Shown piece by piece: positions 40,094 to 48,188 of a stretch of DNA of 64,000 bases. Positions within the stretch are counted from its first letter, which is position 1. Each line of letters opens with the position of its first letter. The notes beneath the pieces were generated by a model that saw nothing but the letters and a program-made list of their open reading frames with translations, did not search any database and had not been told where the DNA came from. The stretch comes from Patescibacteria group bacterium (lineage in GTDB: Bacteria; Patescibacteriota; Patescibacteriia; JBAZBY01). The position numbers and the translations under genes were made by a program. Where the stretch lies: assembly GCA_041671225.1 (NCBI GenBank), contig JBAZBY010000001.1, positions 302,940 through 366,939 of the forward strand, in the 5' to 3' direction.

Positions 40094-41508
40094 TTCCATC
40101 ACCACTTCTTCTTGTGTTGTTTGGTGGTATTTTTGCAGTGTTGACTGGTGCAGGGGCTGCCCTGTTTGGGTTTATCGGCGCGCTACTGGGAATTGCCGTC
40201 TCTCTTGGTATTTTTTTGGCGCTCGCGGTGTTCAAAAATCCATGGCTCGGCGTTCTTCTTGTTACGCTTACCATTCCTTTTGAGCGTTTTGGATCCCTTG
40301 AAGTGGCAGGGCTTACATTGCGCCTTTCTCAAGTGTTTGGTGCATTGACCGTGGTGGCATTTATTGCAGCCGTGCTGGTTGCCCGCCGTGTGCGCTTGCA
40401 GCCTCATCCAGGAGCCGTGCCAATCATTCTTTTTCTTGTCGTTACGCTGCTTTCTTTACTCATGGCCGAAAATCTCATGCGTGGCGTGATGGTCTTTCTT
40501 TTTGTATTCTTCACCGTTCTCGTGCATTTTCTGATTTCGAGCCTCGTGACAACCAAAGAACGCCTGCAGCGAATCATTAAGACGCTACTGATCATCACAG
40601 GAGTTATCGCGGTATTTGGCCTCTTTCAGTTTTTTGGGGATGTCATTGGTTTGCCCACAAGTATCACTGGTTTGCGTGATCTCTACACCAGCGATGTATT
40701 TGGTTTTCCACGCGTACAATCTACGTTTCTTGAACCGCTCTACTTTGCGAACTTCCTCCTCATCCCCATCGGCCTTTTGCTTTCATATTTATTTTCTCCA
40801 CAGCGCGTGATGCGACCACTCTTTCTCTTTCTTTTACTTGGCCTTGCAGTATTAAATCTTGTGCTTACGCTTTCTCGCGGGGGATACATTGGGTTGTTTA
40901 TAACGGCGTTGGTCGTTGTTGTGTATTCTTTTCGCAAAGTATTCACCCCGAGCAGAATATTGTTTGGCGCATTGCTGATCATTATTATTGGGTATGCCTT
41001 CACTCAGATTTTTGCTTTTACCGGACAAGAAGACATATTTCTCGGTCGTTTTGTGACGCAGGCGACAGATATTTTTTCTGGCGCATCCTTTTTTGATAGG
41101 GCTGATACTTTTTCACAAGCGCTGGATCTCTTTAAACAACACCCATGGCTTGGAGTTGGCATAGGGAATTTTGGTCCGGCCATTGCAGCACACCCGTTGC
41201 AGCAACCAGAGGGTGGTTGGCTTATTGTGAATAATGAATTTTTGGAGATTCTTGCTGAAACGGGCATTCTGGGGTTCACTGCATTCGTTGCTTTTCTCTC
41301 AGTACTCTTTTTTCGTTCCCTAAGGCTGCTGCGTGCAGCTCAAGATTCCTTCACAAAAAGGACGCTCATTGGTCTTTTTGCAGCTTTTCTTGGCGTCCTT
41401 GCGCAGTACCAGACATTCTCTATTCTTTTCATCATGCATATTTGGTTTCTTTTTGGTCTCTTAGTGGCCGTGCAAAATCTTGTAGAGAAGGAGACGCGCA
41501 ATGTTTGA
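40057..41508 (+). CDS. O-antigen ligase/polymerase-like (Wzy_C family) membrane protein, paralog 1
   Basis: About 11 TM segments. LTLSRGGYIGLFI loop motif typical of Wzy_C/O-antigen ligase. ATG at 40057. Confidence 0.6.
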   Translation: MESSQNTTTKRLIPSPLLLVLFGGIFAVLTGAGAALFGFIGALLGIAVSLGIFLALAVFKNPWLGVLLVTLTIPFERFGSLEVAGLTLRLSQVFGALTVVAFIAAVLVARRVRLQPHPGAVPIILFLVVTLLSLLMAENLMRGVMVFLFVFFTVLVHFLISSLVTTKERLQRIIKTLLIITGVIAVFGLFQFFGDVIGLPTSITGLRDLYTSDVFGFPRVQSTFLEPLYFANFLLIPIGLLLSYLFSPQRVMRPLFLFLLLGLAVLNLVLTLSRGGYIGLFITALVVVVYSFRKVFTPSRILFGALLIIIIGYAFTQIFAFTGQEDIFLGRFVTQATDIFSGASFFDRADTFSQALDLFKQHPWLGVGIGNFGPAIAAHPLQQPEGGWLIVNNEFLEILAETGILGFTAFVAFLSVLFFRSLRLLRAAQDSFTKRTLIGLFAAFLGVLAQYQTFSILFIMHIWFLFGLLVAVQNLVEKETRNV

Positions 41509-42763
41509 AGGCATCACCATTGCTGTTTTTGCCCTGCTTTTTCTTTACCTTGTTTGGGAAAGGCTCGAGTGGGCAATCACACTGACGCTTATATTATTGC
41601 CGGCCTATCAGCTGCGTTTTCAGCTATGGTTTGTGCCTATGACCATGCTCGAAGTTATGTTGTTGCTGGTATTTTTTGGGTGGGCACTTAAATGTTTATA
41701 TGAAAGACGCAGTTTTTCATCTCTTCGTTTTCCAGGAAAGTGGCCGGTGGTACTCTTTCTTCTCGCAGGAGTTGTTGCGGTAGTTATTTCACCTGATACG
41801 CGTCAAGCACTCGGACTTTGGAAAGCCTATCTTCTTGAACCGATCATGTTTTATGTTGTACTTGTGAACACCATGAAGACTGAGCAGCAGCTTCGCATGC
41901 TTCTTTTTGGGTTTGGCGTGGCAATACTTGCCATTGGTTATGTTGTGGTTCTTCAGATGCTCGACATCGTGCAAATTCCAAACAACTATGGCGTAGAGTC
42001 ACCTCGGCGCGCAACATCATTCTTTGCATTTCCGACTGCAGTGGGCAAGTTTGTTGGTCCGCTTGTTGGACTTTTTCTCGGGCTACTCTTTATGAGCGCA
42101 AAGGACTCTCTGCGCACGCTGCTGCGGACCAAAGGGTTCCTGGTTGGTGTTATCCTTTTTGGACTTTTTGGTTTAGTGTTCTCGGTTACACGCGGTGCAC
42201 TGCTTGGGGTTTTTGTGAGTATGATGTTCGTTGCATTTTTTTCTCCATGGAAGAAGGTGCTTTGGATCACAATAAGCACGGTACTATTTGTGGCGCTGTG
42301 TATTCCACAAACACGACAAAATATCGTGGGCGTATTTGAAACAACAGACACATCAACCGATGTTCATCTGATCATGTGGAAAGGCGCGTGGCGTATTATT
42401 CAGGATCACCCTATAGCAGGGACAGGTCTTGCGAGTTTTCCTATTGTGTATGATGACTATCGCGACATTGCACATATAGAATTTTTTCCCAATCCGGATC
42501 ACCTCATTCTCACGCTATGGATAGAGATGGGACTCGCAGGGTTGCTGCTTTTTGCCTGGCTCATGGTGCGATATTTCACTGCTGGCGTGCGCCTTCTTCG
42601 TACAAATAGACCCCTTGCCGTAGGGCTCATGGCGGCCATGATTGTTCTTCTTGTTCATGGCTTTCTCGATACACCATACTTCAAGAATGATCTTGCCGTT
42701 ATCTTTTGGGCACTATTTGCAATGGTGCATATAAGATTCGCTCGGGGAGTAGTAAAGAAATAA
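41501..42763 (+). CDS. O-antigen ligase/polymerase-like (Wzy_C family) membrane protein, paralog 2
   Basis: About 10 TM segments. FSVTRGALLGVF motif. AAGGAG SD. Overlaps the upstream stop. Confidence 0.6.
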   Translation: MFEGITIAVFALLFLYLVWERLEWAITLTLILLPAYQLRFQLWFVPMTMLEVMLLLVFFGWALKCLYERRSFSSLRFPGKWPVVLFLLAGVVAVVISPDTRQALGLWKAYLLEPIMFYVVLVNTMKTEQQLRMLLFGFGVAILAIGYVVVLQMLDIVQIPNNYGVESPRRATSFFAFPTAVGKFVGPLVGLFLGLLFMSAKDSLRTLLRTKGFLVGVILFGLFGLVFSVTRGALLGVFVSMMFVAFFSPWKKVLWITISTVLFVALCIPQTRQNIVGVFETTDTSTDVHLIMWKGAWRIIQDHPIAGTGLASFPIVYDDYRDIAHIEFFPNPDHLILTLWIEMGLAGLLLFAWLMVRYFTAGVRLLRTNRPLAVGLMAAMIVLLVHGFLDTPYFKNDLAVIFWALFAMVHIRFARGVVKK

Positions 42764-42810
42764 ATACAAAAACTCCTCGCAGGATCCTTGGCGAGGAGTT
42801 TATGGAGCGC

Positions 42811-42942
42811 TTAACGCTTCTTGCGACGTGCCTTGCGCTTCGCTGGTTTCTTTTTTGCTACCTTTCGCTTGGTCGTGCGCTTCTTTGCTACCTTTCGCTT
42901 TTTCACTACCTTCTTTGCCTTCGCTTTTTTTTTGCGTGCCAT
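42811..42942 (-). CDS. Unannotated 43-aa lysine/arginine-rich small basic protein (histone-H1-like composition)
   Basis: Hand-translated: MARKKKAKAKKVVKKRKVAKKRTTKRKVAKKKPAKRKARRKKR*. Strong SD AAGGGGG 8 nt upstream. Internal 21-nt direct repeat. Below the 60-aa track cutoff. Confidence 0.5.
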   Translation of the reverse strand: MARKKKAKAKKVVKKRKVAKKRTTKRKVAKKKPAKRKARRKKR

Positions 42943-42965
42943 GTGTTATCACACCCCCTTTCGTT

Positions 42966-42994
42966 TTTTCAAAACGTTTTCAAAACGTTTTGAC
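42966..42994. promoter_or_regulatory. Two 10-bp perfect palindromes (aaaacgtttt) spaced 11 bp apart in the promoter region of the small basic protein gene
   Basis: Copies at 42971-42980 and 42982-42991, embedded in an AT-rich promoter-like sequence. Confidence 0.4.
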
Positions 42995-43071
42995 ATTTGA
43001 TTATGAAAATCAATTAAAGTATAGAACAAAAGTTATACACAGTACAAGAAGAGAAAATATATTTACACACA

Positions 43072-43650
43072 CTATGCACGATATTTGTTTCTTTGAGAAA
43101 GAAGAACAACAACAAATGATGTATCAAGTAGCACAATTGCGATTGGGTAGAGTAGCGTGGTAAAGGTTTTTGTTTCTATAGCAATAATACCAAGGAGCAG
43201 CGCAAAGGAATCAAGCGCAAAGGTTATTGCCATGTCATCATATGGCTTATAAAAGCCCTTACGCAGCGTGGGGAGAAAACCAAAAATATCCGCTAATGTC
43301 ACAAGCAACACGGCGGTCAATGGGTTGTTGGTTATTTGCCAGCCTATGAGAGCACTTATACCACCAAGAAAACTTATCCAGTCAAAAAGAGATAAGGATA
43401 CGTTTTGTTTTTTGAGGCTGTAGAGACCAATGGTAGTGCAGCTTAGCGCAATTGCACCCGTTGCAATGGCTCCGATACCGGCTCCGCCTGCAATCTGAGC
43501 AGCAAATGCGATTGCATTTAATAGCCCCCAGATAAGCCATGAAAGGGGATGTGGTTTTGTGGTTCCGCGACGAATGCCCTGAAAATAAAAAACAAAACTT
43601 ATCGCAATCAGTATTGGCGCGATGTATCCAAGGAGGGTGATCCAGTACAT
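43072..43650 (-). CDS. Hypothetical polytopic membrane protein
   Basis: ATG at 43650 (MYWITLLGY...). Track ORF extension runs into the tRNA-Ala gene. About 6 TM segments. Confidence 0.5.
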   Translation of the reverse strand: MYWITLLGYIAPILIAISFVFYFQGIRRGTTKPHPLSWLIWGLLNAIAFAAQIAGGAGIGAIATGAIALSCTTIGLYSLKKQNVSLSLFDWISFLGGISALIGWQITNNPLTAVLLVTLADIFGFLPTLRKGFYKPYDDMAITFALDSFALLLGIIAIETKTFTTLLYPIAIVLLDTSFVVVLLSQRNKYRA

Positions 43651-43723
43651 ATGCAGAGTGTAACTTTTTTCTATCAATAAAACAACGAACAACGTTCGCA
43701 ATACTCCCCATCTCAAATACTTT

Positions 43724-43799
43724 TGGTGGACCCTACCGGGCTCGAACCGGTCACCTCCGCGTTGCAAACGCGGCGCTCTACCAAATGAGCTAAGGGCCC
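43724..43799 (-). tRNA. tRNA-Ala(UGC)
   Basis: GGGCCCTTAGCTCATTTGGTAGAGCGCCGCGTTTGCAACGCGGAGGTGACCGGTTCGAGCCCGGTAGGGTCCACCA. G3:U70 identity pair, anticodon TGC. Confidence 0.9.
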
Positions 43800-43814
43800 A
43801 TCAAAAGTTTTCGA

Positions 43815-44078
43815 TTATGGCGTAGTCTCTCCACTGAAGAGTCCGAACAGCGGTCCTATGGTCGCATTTAAGATTCCTTCCCAAAAACCAAATAAGGCAA
43901 GGAATGCTCCAATGATAATAGCAATACCAAGCATGTTGTAAAAGAATCGGGAACCACCGTATTCAACGAATTTTCTCTCAGCAAAATCGACGCGGCCGAA
44001 CGCGGCCAGTATTGTATCTGTTTTGATGACCATGAAAGCGCCAATAACGATGACGACAAGAGAAATGAGATATTTCAT
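43815..44078 (-). CDS. Small hypothetical membrane protein (87 aa)
   Basis: ATG at 44078 (MKYLISLVVIVIGAFMV...). Weak RBS. Track ORF extension reads through the tRNA genes. Confidence 0.3.
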   Translation of the reverse strand: MKYLISLVVIVIGAFMVIKTDTILAAFGRVDFAERKFVEYGGSRFFYNMLGIAIIIGAFLALFGFWEGILNATIGPLFGLFSGETTP

Positions 44079-44208
44079 TTCTTCAGTATAGCAGATGTGC
44101 TTCCAATGCCACCATTTTCTACTATCTGAGCCCGTATCAGCTCGCCTACGCTTTTTATGAAGCTTGGAGCTTTGTCGGGGTAGCCGTCTTTCACTCGGGC
44201 GGAAGCTC

Positions 44209-44285
44209 TGGTGGGCGAAATAGGATTCGAACCTATGACCTCCTCGGTGTAAACGAGGCGCTCTAACCAGCTGAGCTATTCGCCC
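44209..44285 (-). tRNA. tRNA-Val(UAC)
   Basis: GGGCGAATAGCTCAGCTGGTTAGAGCGCCTCGTTTACACCGAGGAGGTCATAGGTTCGAATCCTATTTCGCCCACCA. Confidence 0.9.
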
Positions 44286-44373
44286 TGGTGGGCGAGAGAG
44301 GACTCGAACCTCCAACCCCATTATGGGGACTAGCCCCTCAAGCTAGCGCGTATACCAATTCCGCCACTCGCCC
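44286..44373 (-). tRNA. tRNA-Leu(GAG), class II with long variable arm
   Basis: GGGCGAGTGGCGGAATTGGTATACGCGCTAGCTTGAGGGGCTAGTCCCCATAATGGGGTTGGAGGTTCGAGTCCTCTCTCGCCCACCA. Directly abuts tRNA-Val with zero spacer. Confidence 0.85.
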
Positions 44374-44383
44374 GTATATGAGC

Positions 44384-44824
44384 TTAGTTTGTGATTTTAA
44401 GACGCCGCGCCTTTGCTTCGCGCAGGTGATAGAGGGTTGCCTGCCGTGTCTTGGAATTCTTTCTTACTTCAATTTTTTCGATGAGCGGAGATGCAAGCGG
44501 AAAAATCTTTTCAACACCGATACCTTCAGAAATTTTACGAACAGTAATAGTGCCATTAATGCCCGCGCCATGCTTTGCAGTGAGGATGATGCCTTCAAAA
44601 ATCTGAATACGTTCCTTTTCACCCTCTTGAATACGCAGGTGAACACGAACAGTCTGTCCGGCACGGAGTTTTGGATGTTTTGGCTTTGCAGATTTTTTCT
44701 CCTGAGCATCAACAACATCGTTGACTTTGTCACCCTTTTCGTCAGAGGAAGATTCCTTTATTGGAGCCTCATCCTGTGGTGTTTTTTCTTTCATTTCGTC
44801 CTTGGTTGTTTCTTCGTTTGTCAT
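44384..44824 (-). CDS. rplS: 50S ribosomal protein L19 with N-terminal acidic/lysine-rich extension
   Basis: [26 protein letters not shown] matches the bL19 core. Confidence 0.85.
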   Translation of the reverse strand: MTNEETTKDEMKEKTPQDEAPIKESSSDEKGDKVNDVVDAQEKKSAKPKHPKLRAGQTVRVHLRIQEGEKERIQIFEGIILTAKHGAGINGTITVRKISEGIGVEKIFPLASPLIEKIEVRKNSKTRQATLYHLREAKARRLKITN

Positions 44825-44875
44825 ACAAAAATATCGTCAAAAGCTAAATCACACTACCGTACATCCTTTTTCCTG

Positions 44876-45802
44876 TCAACTCTTTTGCTTCCCCTTACTA
44901 AGGAGTGCCATAAGGCGTGAGAATGCTTCCGGAAGCGGGGAGGTGTATGGGCCCATAAGAGTGCCAAAGAAAGGAAATGATAGCTCCACAGCATGTAAAT
45001 ACAGTCGTTCTGCGGGGATGCCACTTATTCCCTTTGGGTGGTACACCATATCTCCAATCACAGGGTGCCCCAAGGCATAGAAGTGGACGCGGATCTGGTG
45101 AGATCGCCCCGTGATGATATGGATAGACGCTTGCGTTGCGTGTGTGAATACGCGCATGACCTCGTAGTGTGTTTCTGCGCTCCGCGCTTCAGGGTCATTT
45201 TCTGGCACCGCGGCCATGCGGCCCGTTGTTTTGGAGCGTCGTATGTGGAAGGTGATAACCCCACTTTCTTTTTGTATAACACCATGGAGTAAGGCTATGT
45301 ATGTTTTTTTTACGCGACGCTCGTGGAATGCGGCGTGTAATTCATCAAAACCCTCCTGCGTCTTTGCAACAACGAGCAAGCCTGATACTTCACGGTCAAG
45401 GCGGTGTACGATACCAGGACGCGTTGCAGTGCCAACATGGGCGCTTTCTGGCACATGTTCTGCGAGCCAATCGAGCAGTGTTTTTTCGTTCGTGCCTTTT
45501 GCGGGGTGTACGAGTACGCCAGTGGGTTTTTCTATCACTGCGAAGTGTTCGTCGTTATGGACTAAGCGAATATCTTTGAAGTGCGGTGGCGTTGTTGGTG
45601 GAACCGGAGCATTTTCTTGGATCGTGATTATTTCTCCCCCTTTAAGAAAGTGATGCGGAGGCACTGGTTTTTCATCAACCGTTATTTCACCACGCGCAAT
45701 GGTTCTTTGTAATTGCGTACGACTTCCTACAAAACCCTGAGCGACCAAAAAGCGATCCAGCCGTTCGCCCCTTGCTGATTCCGGAACATTAATGCTTTGC
45801 AT
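44876..45802 (-). CDS. rluD: RluA-family 23S rRNA pseudouridine synthase (RluD-like) with N-terminal S4 domain
   Basis: S4 region (RLDRFLVAQGFVGSRTQLQRTI) and catalytic motif HRLDREVSGLLVVAKT. Confidence 0.85.
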   Translation of the reverse strand: MQSINVPESARGERLDRFLVAQGFVGSRTQLQRTIARGEITVDEKPVPPHHFLKGGEIITIQENAPVPPTTPPHFKDIRLVHNDEHFAVIEKPTGVLVHPAKGTNEKTLLDWLAEHVPESAHVGTATRPGIVHRLDREVSGLLVVAKTQEGFDELHAAFHERRVKKTYIALLHGVIQKESGVITFHIRRSKTTGRMAAVPENDPEARSAETHYEVMRVFTHATQASIHIITGRSHQIRVHFYALGHPVIGDMVYHPKGISGIPAERLYLHAVELSFPFFGTLMGPYTSPLPEAFSRLMALLSKGKQKS

Positions 45803-47243
45803 GGTGCGTGCCTTTTTCCTTTACAAACGCACGTGCGTCGCCTGGCGTTGTCAGTTCGCCGTTAAGTTGTTTTGCGCGGAGTTCAGCGAGCAGCACACCC
45901 AACTGTTCCCCTGGCTGCATACCAAAATCACGCATGATCTCTTTGCCAGAAATGAGAAAAAGAGGCTTACCTTTTTTGTATGCACGCCGTTCAATATTCT
46001 GTAGTCGTTCCTCGAGCGTCATGAATTCTTTGCGGTGTATCGCACGTTTTTTTGGATCACCCGCCTCCCAGTTTGCGAGCAATAATCGCTTGAGCACCTT
46101 TCCTTGTTCTGGCTGTGCTAAAAAGTATGCATCAAGTGTTTGATCAGTGATGGTGCTGAGCGCACCGCGGGAAAGCACCATATGATGTGCAATAGCCGCA
46201 AGCATAGGAGTTCGTCTTGCGCCACCCTGCGCAAGCTGTAGTCGCTCCCAAATAACCTGTGCAAGGTCTGCACTTCTTTCAGCATGTCGATGGAAGGTAA
46301 CGATTGTTTTTCCGCCTACCTTGCGCGCCTGACGTGTTTTTTTCTTTCCAATGTCGTGCAGAAGTATTGCCCAAAGTACCGTGGGATCCTTTTCAGGACC
46401 ACCAAAGATTTTGCAATATTTTTTGTCTCGCGTTGCCTCAAGTGCAAGATGTGTGTGCGACCATGCATCTCCATCATATGCCTCCTTTATTTCATGCAAT
46501 GCCATAAGTTCTGGGAAGAGAATTTTCCCGATGCCCGTTTCATTGAGGAGTTCAAGAAGCAGCGATGGGTGCGCAACGAGCGCCTTGGTAAGCTCTTGTG
46601 CAATCATTTCTTTTGGTATCACGCGTTCGCTGAGCTTCAGAGAGAGGGTTTTAAGGGCTTTGCGCGTATCAGTTGCGATGGTGGCATCAAGCTCACAGGT
46701 GAACCGAATGGCGCGTAGCATGCGCGTATAGTCTTCAGAGAAGCGCTCTGTGGGGTCTCCCACTGTTTGAATAATGCGTTCAGCAATATCCTTTTGGCCT
46801 TCAAATGGATCAATAAGTTTTTTAGAAATGAGATCCAGCGCCATTGCGTTGATGGTAAAATCACGCCGACCGAGGTCTTCCTCAATAGGGAGCGTTTCAT
46901 CAAAGCGAACACGGAATCCTGTGCGAGAACCAGGTTCTGCTGAGCGTTCCGTACGGGGGAGTGCGATATCAATCGGACTATGCTCGCCATTTGCTAAAAA
47001 TTTGATGGTGCCAAAATCTCCAACCGCATTCACCGTGCCATGTTTTGAGAGGAACGCCCCGAGTTTTTTGTATGAGATTCCTGTGACGACCACATCAATA
47101 TCCGCGAGTGCTTTGCCGCGCAAAAGGTCGCGAACGGCACCGCCGACAAGATAGACGTGCGTTCCTTGTTCGACGGCGAGTTGTATGAGAATACGTACCG
47201 CAGTATGTCGCAGTAGTTTCTTTGGAAGTGTAGTAAGTGGCAT
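45789..47243 (-). CDS. cca: CCA-adding tRNA nucleotidyltransferase with HD domain
   Basis: GGAVRDLLRG...DIDVV polymerase-beta head motif, RRDFTINAMA, HD-domain His/Asp downstream. ATG at 47243 preferred over the track start 47306. Confidence 0.8.
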   Translation of the reverse strand: MPLTTLPKKLLRHTAVRILIQLAVEQGTHVYLVGGAVRDLLRGKALADIDVVVTGISYKKLGAFLSKHGTVNAVGDFGTIKFLANGEHSPIDIALPRTERSAEPGSRTGFRVRFDETLPIEEDLGRRDFTINAMALDLISKKLIDPFEGQKDIAERIIQTVGDPTERFSEDYTRMLRAIRFTCELDATIATDTRKALKTLSLKLSERVIPKEMIAQELTKALVAHPSLLLELLNETGIGKILFPELMALHEIKEAYDGDAWSHTHLALEATRDKKYCKIFGGPEKDPTVLWAILLHDIGKKKTRQARKVGGKTIVTFHRHAERSADLAQVIWERLQLAQGGARRTPMLAAIAHHMVLSRGALSTITDQTLDAYFLAQPEQGKVLKRLLLANWEAGDPKKRAIHRKEFMTLEERLQNIERRAYKKGKPLFLISGKEIMRDFGMQPGEQLGVLLAELRAKQLNGELTTPGDARAFVKEKGTHHAKH

Positions 47244-47308
47244 ACGGCCAAAGTGTAGCAGGATTGACGCCTTTTCGCATCTGACGCGCGATGGTACAGT
47301 AAGCATAT

Positions 47309-47668
47309 ATGATTATAAGAGATAGCAGCAATCTGCAGGAATTCATCGGAGGTGATCAGACGATTTTGTGCGAGTTTTTCAATGCCAACACCGAAAAACT
47401 TCCGCTTCGCTATAGTCTTGCGCATGCCATTGTGAAGCCCGGCAATCGTTCTACGCGCCACCGCATGAAAACCTCGGAGGTGTATTACATACTTAGCGGA
47501 ACCGGGCGCATACACATTGATAATGAGGTAGCTGTTGTTCACGAAGGGCAGGCGGTGATCGTTCCTCCCAGGGCAACGCAATGGGTTGAGAATACCGGTA
47601 CGGATGATCTGGAATTCCTTTGCATCGTTGATCCCGCATGGAAGCAGGAGGATGAAGAGATTTTGTAG
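47309..47668 (+). CDS. Cupin-domain small protein
   Basis: 119 aa with a cupin-like core (SEVYYILSGTGRIHIDNEVAVVHEGQAVIVP). Confidence 0.55.
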   Translation: MIIRDSSNLQEFIGGDQTILCEFFNANTEKLPLRYSLAHAIVKPGNRSTRHRMKTSEVYYILSGTGRIHIDNEVAVVHEGQAVIVPPRATQWVENTGTDDLEFLCIVDPAWKQEDEEIL

Positions 47669-47685
47669 CTCTCCCGTCGGTACAT

Positions 47686-47714
47686 CTTGCTTTTTTGAGG
47701 ATGTTGCGTATACT
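47686..47714 (+). promoter_or_regulatory. Sigma70-like promoter CTTGCT-17-TATACT upstream of a ~200-nt leader and tRNA-Val(GAC)
   Basis: -35 at 47686-47691, -10 at 47709-47714, 17-nt spacer. Confidence 0.35.
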
Positions 47715-47720
47715 GAGCCG

Positions 47721-47916
47721 TGTTTCTTATGTGATTTTTTGAGACCCTTAAGGGGCCCCCGCAAACGGGGTGCGCAGGCCGAGTAGGCGCGAACGAGTGT
47801 AGCGAGTGAGCGCCGTGAAGCGAGGTCGAGCACACGTTTGTGGGGTAGAAGGAGAATGCGAGGTTGAGGGCGGAGTCCCGCTCGGCGGGACGAAGGCCGA
47901 AACTCGCATTGGACGT
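47721..47916 (+). ncRNA. GC-rich ~200-nt transcribed leader/candidate structured RNA preceding tRNA-Val(GAC)
   Basis: No plausible ORF. Many hairpins (ccccg-caaa-cgggg, gcgag repeats). 5' cgtgtttc can pair with 3' gaaactcg. No recognisable RNase P/SRP/tmRNA motifs. Confidence 0.2.
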
Positions 47917-47993
<77 letters not shown>

Positions 47994-48003
47994 GAAAAAC
48001 ACA

Positions 48004-48031
48004 CGCCCCATGAGCAGGGGCGTTCTGTTTT
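48004..48031 (+). terminator. Rho-independent terminator after tRNA-Val(GAC)
   Basis: cgcccc-atgagca-ggggcg followed by ttctgtttt. Confidence 0.55.
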
Positions 48032-48042
48032 GTAGTAGATCT

Positions 48043-48119
48043 TGGTCGGTCCGCCTGGACTCGAACCAGGAACCGGTCGGATATAAGCCGACTGCTCTAA
48101 CCGATTGAGCTACGGACCG
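48043..48119 (-). tRNA. tRNA-Ile(UAU) (AUA-decoding; C1-G72 acceptor start)
   Basis: CGGTCCGTAGCTCAATCGGTTAGAGCAGTCGGCTTATATCCGACCGGTTCCTGGTTCGAGTCCAGGCGGACCGACCA. Anticodon loop CTTATAT. Confidence 0.75.
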
Positions 48120-48188
48120 TTTTTGTGCGCACCGAGCATAACAAAGACCGTCTTTGTGGGCAAGTCAGGGTCGCAGGCTCCGCGACGA

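Noticed and set aside
43815-44321. 168-aa minus-strand ORF in the tRNA cluster
   Set aside because: Its N-terminal 81 codons read straight through the tRNA-Val(UAC) and tRNA-Leu(GAG) genes. Only the C-terminal 87 codons (43815-44078) are retained as a possible small membrane protein.
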